A stretch of DNA of 64,000 nt from contig CM120647.1 in the NCBI GenBank assembly GCA_051362555.1, positions 1,054,001-1,118,000 on the forward strand. The letters are read 5' to 3'. Position numbers and translations under genes: made by a program. The stretch's first letter is position 1. Each line of letters opens with the position of its first letter. Source of the DNA: Lingula anatina (lineage: Eukaryota > Animalia > Brachiopoda). Shown here one piece after another: positions 25,263-35,769 of this stretch. The notes beneath the pieces were generated by a model. It made no database searches. It worked only from the letters and a program-made list of their open reading frames with translations, and was not told the origin of the DNA.

Positions 25263-26427
25263 ATGTTTTATTCAGCAGTGAGATATGTCTACCGAAGACG
25301 CGATTTAATAGGTAGAATAACTCAGTGTTTTACACAACCCTTAGGATGTCATCAATCGGTGCGGTTTACATGTGTCGTCTCACAACTCCGAAGGCCTCAC
25401 AAGATGTGGGGTTGGTCGTTGTGGAGACTTACCGCCGGAACTGAGCTGTCATATTCTACAAAATTTATCACAGAAGATGAATATAACGACCTCATCAGAT
25501 GCAACATAAATGAATTTGAAAGAGATGCGAAGGAGTATCATAGGGAAGATGGAAGGAGTGTAGCGGAAATTATTAGTGCTTACGAGAGCGGAGTTAGTAA
25601 TGCTGAAAATGACCTCGACGGAGTTCTACGGTATATGTATGCTGTTAGTCTTACATGTTTGAGGGATTCGCCAAGATATGAAAACGTTCATCTTCTACAA
25701 GATGACAGGTTATCATCAGCCCTGCAAACCATCCTCAACAAAGGTTTAGTGAAGGGAAGTGATCCTCTCCAGTTAAACAGATTGTTGGTAGTTGGGCGCA
25801 CAATTCAACCGTCTCCAGAAATCCTTCAGTTTTATAAGGAACTAGAGAGACACATGACACAGGTATGGTCCAGATGGCATGTTATGTTTAGGATGGATGT
25901 CTGTCATAAATGGTTTCACCTGTCTATACTACACGAGCAGAAGTACTTTGAAGTGGAGATAAGATTTTTCTTGAAGCTTTTGATGAAGGAGGCAAAGCTA
26001 AAGAGGAAGAAACTTGAAGACAAAGAAATTCACCAGCTTTTTAGTGTTCTACAATCTGCAACACACTATTCTCTTGCACTGGATGGAAAGTGGGTGGATA
26101 AAAATGATGTAAGTGAAGTTTTACATTTGAAAACAATTTGCCAGCATCACTCAAAGAAAGATGTTTTAGCAGCTGTACAGAAGAATCTTGGAGGTCCCCA
26201 CTTGGCAAGAATCACGCCAGTGCTGCCCATATATCATCCTATTGTGGAGTTGTGTTTGAATGAATTGAATGAGCCTGTAGACATGAAGCTGGTGCCCAGG
26301 GTCTTTGATGAAAATGGATTCCTCAAAATGGAAAACATGTCTGCCTTGCCAGAAGGTTGGAGAAAAATAGCAGTGTGGTTTCTACGTGATGAAGATCTCT
26401 TTATCAACAAGCCAGAGGAGTTAACTG
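25263..26427 (+). CDS. FASTK-family (FAST kinase domain/RAP domain, FASTKD5-like) mitochondrial RNA-binding protein, exon 1 of 2
   Basis: Arg-rich, acid-poor N-terminus resembling a mitochondrial presequence, a helical Leu-rich body, ITPVLPIYHPIVELCLN and a RAP start (KIAVWFLRDEDLFINKPEELTG). Perfect donor ACTG|GTGAGT at 26427/26428, so the ORF-track tail ELKM* is intronic. Confidence 0.82.
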
Positions 26428-28227
26428 GTGAGTTAAAAATGTAGTTGTTGTATGTAAAGACAGACTCTAGTAAGTCCACCCTGCTGCCATGAGTGGTTTT
26501 GGGTTATGAGCTTGACTGTAGTGTACTGAGTTTATTTCTTCTATATACTTGCTGGTCATGCCATCCACTGGGGGCCAACTTATATATATATATACAGTAA
26601 ACTCGTTAGCGTATGAGAGTGCGTAATTACGCGTTGTTTTGCTGTTTTTACGCATTGGCTGGAGCCCCAGCGCGTACGAATACGCACACCTTTGGCTTTG
26701 AAGATCGGCGAAGTTGACCAGTCCGTTGACTGTTGACGGTCAGACTCATGTTGAAAATGTCATAATTGATTCCCAAGTGTCTCATTTTTTTCTTAAGATA
26801 TTTGAATTACCCGACTAAAACATGCTTCTTCTTTCACTGACCCGCAGAGGATGACGTAATCTTCTCTGATTCGTCATAATATGCAAGTTTTAGGTCAAAA
26901 ACACGTGTGCCTCTCTTTAGTATAAACAAGGTATGAACAACGATGAAATGATCGTTTTTTATTCACATAATTGTTCAATATTTTAATTGAGCAACCATAC
27001 GTTTAGGACCAATTTAAATCACTCGCCCAGACCAAATACTTTAGGCCAGTAACCCTTGTGACTTTTGTAGTTTTAGTCGTCAGAATAAATTTTTAGTCGC
27101 ATTTGACGAGCGGGCAACCTGGAATTTCCAGCTCTGCTGATTACCAGTGATGACAAAATGACGAGAAAAAGGAAATGCAAAGGAAAAAAACAACAGTCAA
27201 TTAAAAGGTTTTGTCATGCAAGGTAGGCAAAGTTTCAGCTATAGATTTCAGAGTCCGACATACCTACTTGCGATGGTTGCGTTTCGCAACTAGTTTTATC
27301 AGCCGGGCAACTAAAATTTAGCTGGTAGTTGCCCGGAAACGCAAGTGACTTTCGGCTGTTCACTTGCCCGGAAAATTTGAAGTGTAAAATTTATTATCAC
27401 AGACAAAATAGATCGTTTATTATTGGCAGTCATTTGCCGGTTGGAAACAAAGTGGTTTGCAGCAACCGGCTAGCTCCAGATTTGGCCAGCTTAGAAAACA
27501 GTTGAACTTGAAGTGCTGCGCTAACAAACATAAATAAAAATTATCTTTCAACAAACTGTGAAATAATATTTCTAGTAATTATTTACAAATTGAAAGCAAA
27601 GGTTTATTTTTTATAAACAATTTAGTAAAACTTAAAAACGACGGGTGCCTAATGTTCCCGACTTGACCTACTTTTTGTCGGCATCAATTTTAGGGAGAAA
27701 CACTAGGAAGAGTAAGAAGTATGAACATTTTGATTGATTAAAATGGCTAAATATGTAAATTTTGTGTCCCTTCTCAAATAGTATACTAAAAAATGCTTGT
27801 TTGACAGAGACGGATACTGGGTGACTACTTGTCAGTGTCCAGATCCACATTCGGTAAGCAAACTGTTTTATACAACAAAAAGGATATATTATAAAGGTAT
27901 AACAAAGTGTTCCTTTTGTTACATTTACTAGGTAGCACCAGTTACTTTTACTCTAGTCAAAGAAACACAGTATCTAGTCGTGACCTATGCGTGACCTGTC
28001 CATTTTGTTTTTGTTTTCTTTTTGTTAAATTGCAATAATAAAAGATTTTGGATAAAAGGATAGTGGGTTATTGTTATGAAAGTGAACTGTGTGATTGCAT
28101 GATTATTAATACACAAAATTACACCTTGATGAGCATTTTTTAATTTTACCCCTTCATTTTGAAAATTACCCCTTCTTTTTTTGGGCAAGGGGTACGGTAC
28201 TCCCTTAGAAAAATCCTACCGAGTGCA

Positions 28228-28230
<3 letters not shown>

Positions 28231-28301
<71 letters not shown>
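28231..28301. repeat. (TA)n microsatellite
   Basis: Direct inspection; similar runs at 6260-6345 and 10138-10190. Confidence 0.95.
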
Positions 28302-28683
28302 CCATAACAACAATGGGGTTTTGAGAATGAGAATAGGGTACAAAGGACAACAATAATGAATTAATTGAGATCAACTTAGACAATTGACATGTGTGTGTAC
28401 AGTATATATATGTGTGTGTGCTTATTTGACATTTTAAAATACTTAAAAGTAACATGCTGTGCACCTGCCTAGTTAATTTCAATAAGCATTTTTCAGTAAT
28501 ATCTAAAGATGCTATGTGACCATGGTGATATATATATATATTTTTTTGAGGTGTTTTGGTGAAATTTGAGTATTTTCTCTGTGTATATTAGTCAAATAAT
28601 CTACTGCCATGCTGAAGCTTAATGTGTTCTGGCATATGTTGCCTTGGTAACAGTGTATTATCTCACACTTTAACAGTGACCAT

Positions 28684-28820
28684 CTAAATTTGAATGTATG
28701 TGTATAGTAAGATGGATAGATCTAAGTATGGGAACCCAGTTTAAATTTGAATGTATGTGTATAGTAAGATGGATAGATCTAAGTATGGGAATCCAGTTTA
28801 AATTTGAATGTATGTGTGTG
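28684..28820. repeat. 57-bp tandem repeat (about 2.3 copies) containing a family-A MITE end
   Basis: Unit starts at 28686, 28743 and 28800; includes tagatctaagtatgggaacccagt. Confidence 0.85.
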
Positions 28821-28964
28821 GTAAGAGTGATAAAGATTTACATAGGTTTTCTTTGTGTACCTATTGTTATTTCAATATATTTATGCATTTGTTCCCACTC
28901 AGCAAGGCATTGATTTATGTTTTATGTTAATATTGAGATTTTTTCTTTTCTTTTTATTTATTTT

Positions 28965-28999
<35 letters not shown>

Positions 29000-29039
29000 T
29001 TATTATTATTTATATATATATATATTTTTTGTTCACCAG

Positions 29040-29185
29040 GCATAGCACAGGCACGCAAACGCTTCCTACATCAAGCAGGATACAAAGAGGTGCTAGAGGT
29101 ACCTTTTAGTATGACAAAACTGAAATCTGCAGATTTGCACAAACAAGTGAGAGACATGTTGAAACAAATCCCTGATATCAGGTGA
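29040..29185 (+). CDS. FASTK-family protein exon 2, completes the RAP domain; total about 436 aa
   Basis: Acceptor tttttgttcaccag|g, phase-compatible (G|GC = Gly). Translates GIAQARKRFLHQAGYKEVLEVPFSMTKLKSADLHKQVRDMLKQIPDIR*, matching the RAP pattern G-x-x-x-x-K/R-x-R-x-L-x-x-x-G-Y. Candidate AATAAA at 30891. Confidence 0.85.
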
Positions 29186-30958
29186 GAAAGAAGCACTTCA
29201 TATATCTGAATGAAAGTAATTCCTGTAAAATGTTGTGGTTAATAAGAGGTCATAGAAGAATCAACACTTTGTGATAGAATCTTGTTTTTTTTCCATGTGT
29301 GGGGGGGGGAGCTTGCTGCCTGTTTGGCATAAAGTTGATTTTTTAGGCATAGCAAAAATTGATAACTGACAACAAAAGCCATCCTTGTTCTGAGATCTAG
29401 GTCTGAAAGCCATTTACCTGAAATTGTTTTGTAACTTAAATTTACTTCTATGTTTACTTCTAAAGTTAAATTGATAAGAGAAAAAAATTATTTTCAAATA
29501 AGTCACTCTTTTTACATGTGTTGAGTTGGGTGAGCTATCTCTTTGATTCTTTGTGAAATGCATCTTGGTTGACTAAAATGACTTACAGTCTTAGCAGAGA
29601 CCTATATGCAATGGTTTATATATATACAGATACTTGATGTGTGTTTATAGAGTATTATATGTTCTGATCACTGTGTCTGTGTCCATGTTGTAGTTTTCTG
29701 AAACACCAGTCCCTCCTAAGCCTGACCTTGATTTGTTTTTCCTTAAACTTTCTGAGTAGCACTGTTTCATTAAAAAAAAAAGATTCGCTTTGAAAAGTGA
29801 GATTAATTTGATAAGGGTCATTTTTTCACCATAATATCATTTACCTAGTGCCAGTTTTTTTTTTTTTTTTTACTTCATATTTGCTGTGTGGCTGTATAAT
29901 ATTTTACTAAGACGGGTTTCTTTTAAACAGCAAGAGTAGATTTTTTAAAGTGAAAGATGAAGATTGTTTATTATTTCTGTAAATATAGTTGCAGTGTCTT
30001 TTGCTGTTTGGGTACTGAATATTTACCAGGTTTTCTGTGTACTTTTCTTAGGTATTGTAACAATATTTTGAAAATTTACATTCTTCATCAGTGTGTGGAG
30101 TAAAATAATTTTTGTTTTTAGATAATTTAATAAGATGTTTTAGCTGTGGCAAACTGCATAGCTGTACTGTTTTACTGTAAAATACTGATGATTCGTTCAT
30201 TGCATTTTTTGTTTTCATTTTAAAGCTTACCCAAAAAGTAGGAGACCTTTGGAGTGCTTCCTGACAGCAATGAAGAGGATTGAACAACTCTACACTGACA
30301 TGATGATGAAAAAATTAGAGAAGAGCCATTAACTGTTGAGTGATAATCTGAATCAAGCTCACGAGCTGTGAACTAGGCCTTTTTATCATTTAACTTTGCT
30401 ATTAATATGAAGAAAAAGGTAATTGCTATCATAATAATGGAGACCAATATCATTTTGTCAGCCATAACCAATTTGGGCCTATATGCAATGCATGACTGAA
30501 AATCTTCACAGCTTTAAAAGTAAAGAATTCCATTGTATTATATTTCCTGGAGCACTGACATGGTTACTGACATTTTGTGTGGAAACAGTGTAAAAGACGC
30601 TGAAATATCCTGAGATTGCTGCAGTTTTTTTTTTATGAATTCTTTGTTACAATCATAGAGTAAAAAGTTGCAGTACACTAAGCATGAGGTGATCACCCCA
30701 TGAATTTACTGTTGCTGTTTGAAGATGGATTCAGTTAGTTTCTAATAGCAACGATGTTTCTAGTTAGTGTTAAATACATGTTTTAGAGATGTTGATATTT
30801 GTTGAGTTTTGAGTTTACTGAAAAAAAAAAAAAAAGAGTTAGATGCTATGTAGATGTTTTACAAATTGCCTGTTATGTGGTTGCATAATTAATAAAGTTG
30901 TGAAAGATCAGAAAGTATGCTATTTACTGAAATTTGTTGTGACCTCCCAGTGAGGTAT

Positions 30959-31279
30959 CACTAGTGGGCTAGATTTGGTCTTAAAGTGCAATTTAAGTTC
31001 ACAAGTGATCTTAGTACACGATCTTAAACATTATAGCAGTAGTCTTAAAATGGACTGAATCTGCTTTTAAGATCAAAATTGATCTAACATCTACTTAAGT
31101 GGTCAAGCAGTTTCCTCCCCTCACAATGGGGGATACCTCCCCTCACAATAGGAGAATGTGTAAGGGGAGGCAACTTAATTGGCTGTCAGACTAGAAATGG
31201 TCTTTCTCATGTTTTAAGATCATGTAAGACTATTTGTGTTCTTAAATTGCACTTTAAGACCAAATCAAGCCCACTAGTG
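30959..31279. mobile_element. CACTA/EnSpm-type MITE, 321 bp
   Basis: TAT|cactagtgggctagatttggtcttaaagtgcaatttaag ... cttaaattgcactttaagaccaaatcaagcccactagtg|TAT: CACTA termini and a 3-bp TSD. Confidence 0.88.
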
Positions 31280-31919
31280 TATGAACAAAGAAATGCAATG
31301 GGTTTATTTTTGACACCTACACTATCCTCAAGCTAGGATCCAAAATAAAGAGGATAAGACAGTGGCTCAAACTTCAAAGGGAGTCTCCCGCGGCGCGCGT
31401 CTCATGATGCCTTCGGGTTGGTACGGCGAGCCTCGTTTTCAAATGACCAGGTAGCTTGTCTACGGCAGAGTGAAACGAAGGTCCCGCTTTAGTCGCGTTT
31501 TTTTCATTGTATCCGGAGAATTTCGTCAAAAGACAAGAGGAGCTGATTAAGGAATATGCAGTGAAGCACCGTGAGTATTTATACTGCAGTTTGTAGCTTC
31601 AATAGACAGTAATATCAATTTCAATATCCCCGTCCGTTAGATTTGCAAAGATGGCGGGCAAATTTACACTGCCGTGCATGTTTACGCTCTCGTTGTTATT
31701 TGGCGGATGCACTTTCCGAATATTTGTCAATGCAGAGTTATTCGGAGTACAGTTTTGATATGGCAACACCTTGTAATGTGGGAAACGAAATAAGTTGGAT
31801 TGTAAAAAGAGCGTAGAAATAGTGCCCCCAACGCCAATAATGGCGGAGCGATAGTTCTGGGAGGTAGTTTACCTATACAAAAAAACTTTACATGGGACTG
31901 GCTTGCTTTATTTTGGATC

Positions 31920-32030
31920 CTAGCCTCAAGTAAAGTTAATAATGTACTGTGATCAACAGTAGCGATGGTGACTGAAAGGTCTAGTAAGCTTCTGAATATA
32001 TTCTGATTGACCAACACATAACATTCATCT
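31920..32030 (-). mobile_element. CR1/L2-type LINE reverse-transcriptase fragment (decayed)
   Basis: SLLDLSVTIATVDHSTLLTLLE resembles the conserved LLDLSxAFDTVDHxILLxxL motif. Confidence 0.55.
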
Positions 32031-32059
32031 CATAACTGCCAACCTTTTTTTTTGTTTGT

Positions 32060-33139
32060 TTTGTTTTTGTGCATAATGTTGATGACATTCACCCCATAAC
32101 TGGCTGACTGTATTTTTCTTTTACATTAAATTTACTGAGTGCCTTTGTTTTGTAAAGAGGCAGGTTGCTTTCAAAAATTGCCATTATAATCTCATTCCAC
32201 ATGGAATTTTGGGCTTTGTCGGTGCAACGTTCTAGGTGTTGTTCTCTTCGCAATGCACCTTTATCCAAAATTTGATAAATATCTCCCAAACCGAAGGAAT
32301 TATGGGAAAAATTTCTACAGATGGCTGACCAAAATCATATGTGTGGAGATTTTACACATGCCCTAGGATTTGACCTTTGACTTTATTTCAAGGTGAAACG
32401 GGCCAACATTTTCTAAAAACTGTTTAATTAAGAAAGAAAGAATAACAAAACTTTTGATTACATACAACTAATACTTTATTGTAAACTAGAATATTTGACA
32501 GCCAATGGGGTAATAATAGTTCTGATACAAATGTAAAAATGTAAATCAGTTAAAATGTATTTGTTGATAAAAGATGCTGACAGGAACTCAACCACCACCA
32601 GCTCCTTACAGCTATCATATAATTACTGTTTTCATTTACAGTTTTTACCAGCTGTTTGACAGTTTTCCTCTTAAAAACTTTCCCTTATGATGCCAACAAA
32701 ACAAAAAAAAATCTTTCCAAGGAACTTTGTGACTGCTAAATGAATCATTTTTTTTTTTTTTTGAAAATACTGTCAAATTGTCATCATTTCTAAACAGCTG
32801 AGTCTTTAGATTTATTTTTCATATAATAGAAATAATTATAATAATAATAACCAATTATTTTCTTGACCTGTGCCTAAAGCAATTAAGGCCTGAAAATATT
32901 TCAAAACTTTTGCTGTGTTTGGCGGTGAACCTTGGGACCTGAAATATATAGTACTATATTACTTACTAATTAATATACAATAGTATATATCCTTTAATAA
33001 GCAGTCAGTGCACCTAATTATTTCATGCATGCAACTGTACTGAAAATGTTTTACAATTGATAAACAACTTGGCAACGTAAAACTTTACAAAAAACCAAAT
33101 TGTGTTAACACATCAATACGCAGAGTGTGTCCGTTTGTG

Positions 33140-33173
<34 letters not shown>

Positions 33174-34300
33174 TTTGTTAGTGTATGTGTGTGTCTTTGT
33201 TAGTGTATGTGTGTGTGTCTTTTTTTTGTGCATAATATTGATGACATTCACCCCATAACTGGCTGACTGTATTTTTGTTTTACATTAAATTTACTGACTG
33301 CCTTTGTTTGGTAAAGAGGCAGGTTGCTTTCGAAAATCGTCATAATAATCGCATTCCACATGGAAGTTTGGCTTTGTTGGTGCACCATTCTAGATGTTGC
33401 ACTCATGATCATCTCAATGCACCTTTATCCAAAATTTGCATAATATCTATTTATGGGAAAAATTTCTACAGATGGCTGATCAAAAGTTTTATGTGGAGAT
33501 TTTACACATGCCCTAGGATTAGACCTTTGATTTTATTTCAAGGTGAAACAGGCCAAAATTTTCTAAAAACTGTTTAATTAAGAAAGAAAGAAAAACAAAA
33601 CACTTTTGATTACATACAACTAATATTTTACTGTAAACTAGAATATTTGGCAGCCAAGGGGGTAATAATAGTTCTGATACAAATGTAAAAATGTAAAACA
33701 GTTAAAATGTATTAATTGATAAAAGATGCTGACAGGAACTCAACCACCACCAGCTCCTTACAGCTATCATATAATGATTGTTTTCATTTACAGTTTTTAC
33801 CAGCTGTTAGACAAATTTTTCCTCTTAAAAACTTTCCCTTATGATGCCAACAAAACAAAAAAAAAAAACTTTCCAAAGAACTTTGTGACTGTTAAATGAA
33901 TTGGGTTTTTTTTAATACTGTTAAATTATCGTTTCTAAAAAGCTGAATCTTTAGATTTATTTTTTATATAATACAAATAATTATAATAATAATAACCATT
34001 TATGTTCTTGACCAGTGCCTAAAGCAAGGCCTGAAAATATTTCAAAACTTTTGCTGTGTTTGGCGGTGAACCTTGGGACCTGAAATATATAGTACTATAT
34101 TACTTACTAATTAATATACAATAGTATATATCCTTTAATAAGCAGTCAGTACACCTAATTATTTCATGCATGCAACTGTACTAAAAATATTTTACAATTA
34201 ATAAACAACTTGGCAAAGTAGAACTTTACTAAAAACCAAACTGTTAACAAATCAATATGAAGAGTGTGTCCGTTTGTGCATGTGTGTGTGTGTGTGTGTG
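32060..34300. repeat. Tandem duplication of a unit of about 1.1 kb (about 32060-33175 and 33221-34300)
   Basis: Colinear with scattered substitutions and indels, from tttgtgcataatgttgatgacattcacccc to agagtgtgtccgtttgtgcatgtgtgtg. Each copy ends in a TG microsatellite. Confidence 0.95.
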
Positions 34301-34374
34301 GATGTCATCAGTGTCATAAACAGACACTTATTCAAATTAAATATTTTATACCTTACACAACAAGATTCAATATA

Positions 34375-34439
34375 TTATTTGACAGTCAAAGTCACATTCA
34401 AAGTATTAAAACTGGGTGTTTGTGTGTGAGAGTCTTCAC
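34375..34439 (-). CDS. Putative terminal exon of the micro-exon gene: (G)EDSHTQTPSFNTLNVTLTVK*
   Basis: Acceptor tgtattttcag|gt, phase 1, open to TAA. Confidence 0.35.
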
Positions 34440-34462
34440 CTGAAAATACATCTGTGTGTGTG

Positions 34463-34718
34463 TAGTGGTGGATTTAGAGGGGGGCCAGGAGGGTCCTACC
34501 CCCCCCCCCCCTTTGATTTCTGGTCCCCTCTTGAAATTAGAATTTTGACTAGCTGAATCATAGTTCTAAACTGTACCAAATGGCACCCTTCGACCTCTAA
34601 AATACCAAAAATTTTCAGGGCCGTTTAGCAGGCCACGAACCCCGAGTGGGGGGTCGGGGGGGGGGGGGGGTTGGCATCCACAGACCCCCCCCTTCAAATA
34701 ATCCTGGATCCACCCCTG
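34463..34718. mobile_element. MITE with ca/tagtggtggat...atccacccctg termini; related partial copy at about 42290-42545
   Basis: Inverted ends with G/C runs; shared core ttgaaattaga...ccaaatggcacc...aaaataccaaaa. Confidence 0.6.
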
Positions 34719-34765
34719 TCGTGTGTGCACTTTTTAAGTGTGTTAAATTGACCTTACTGTCTTAC

Positions 34766-34822
34766 CTCTCTCCTCAAAGCCCTCATCCTTTGACATATAC
34801 TCTTTCGGTTCTTTGATTTCAG
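34766..34822 (-). CDS. Putative 57-nt phase-1 micro-exon: (A)EIKEPKEYMSKDEGFEER
   Basis: Acceptor ttttttctcttctag|, donor GAG|gtaaga, length divisible by 3, no stop; related to the exons at 40660 and 40966. Confidence 0.6.
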
Positions 34823-35049
34823 CTAGAAGAGAAAAAATATCGTGTAAAAACTTAAAATTCCATATCTGGGCTTGTTCAAATAGGATTCATGCACAACTGA
34901 GTATATTACAGTTGGTTGAAGACACATTCAAAGATTTAATTGACTTAAAAATAAATAAATCATCTTCTTATGTATGCTCAAGACCAGACTTTGCTTAAGC
35001 AACATGCTTGTGGTGTGTATGTATGTGTGTGTGTCTTTGTTAATGTATG

Positions 35050-35621
35050 TGTAACAGACGGACTCTCTGGTTGTGTAAAATTTTATTGCTACAACTAAAA
35101 TTTTCACCCTGTAATAAAGGTGAGATATAATTAAATAAAATGACATACAACAAATAACTTATAATTCTAAAGTTTACCTCTATGATAAGGAAATAATAAA
35201 TTTGATATAGATAATTACGGTTTATAAAAGCTATAACGGCTTACCCTGATCTTATTCAAGGGCGTTTATAAAGAGTGCTGGATATACGTCTTGGTCTGAA
35301 AACTAAAGATTAGAAAACGATGTAATACAGTATAGTATAGTGAAGTTGGATACGCAAAAGACAAGATAAAATATAACTAGAATTAAGTAGACGACATCCA
35401 ACTTACCACATAGAAACAGACAGATGAACAGCAACTTCAGCACTATTAGAAAATACCGCGTCAATGCCTTTTATAATGTGAAGTCACGTGGCAAAGACGC
35501 GGGAAGACAGAACAAAGGGACATAGACAAAAGAACAGACAAAGGAACAATTAGAGGGCGTCAGAGCTACATCAAGTCACAAGACAAGACGAGTGACGAGT
35601 TCATATTTACACATAGTTACA
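35050..35621 (-). repeat. 3' LTR
   Basis: tgtaacagacgg...catagttaca; PPT ggaggggggagag at 35622-35634 on the minus strand. Confidence 0.97.
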
Positions 35622-35769
35622 CTCTCCCCCCTCCAGTGAAATGTCGTCCCGACATACACCAATACATACAAAAAAAAAAAACACGAATATAAATACACAA
35701 ATATTTACATTCAAAATGTTCCTTTATTAAACAATATATTTATGTAAGATTATACAAATGAGATATATA

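Noticed and set aside
26428-26444. Apparent premature stop truncating the RAP domain (ELKM*)
   Set aside because: Read-through into an intron; the exon at 29040-29185 completes the domain.
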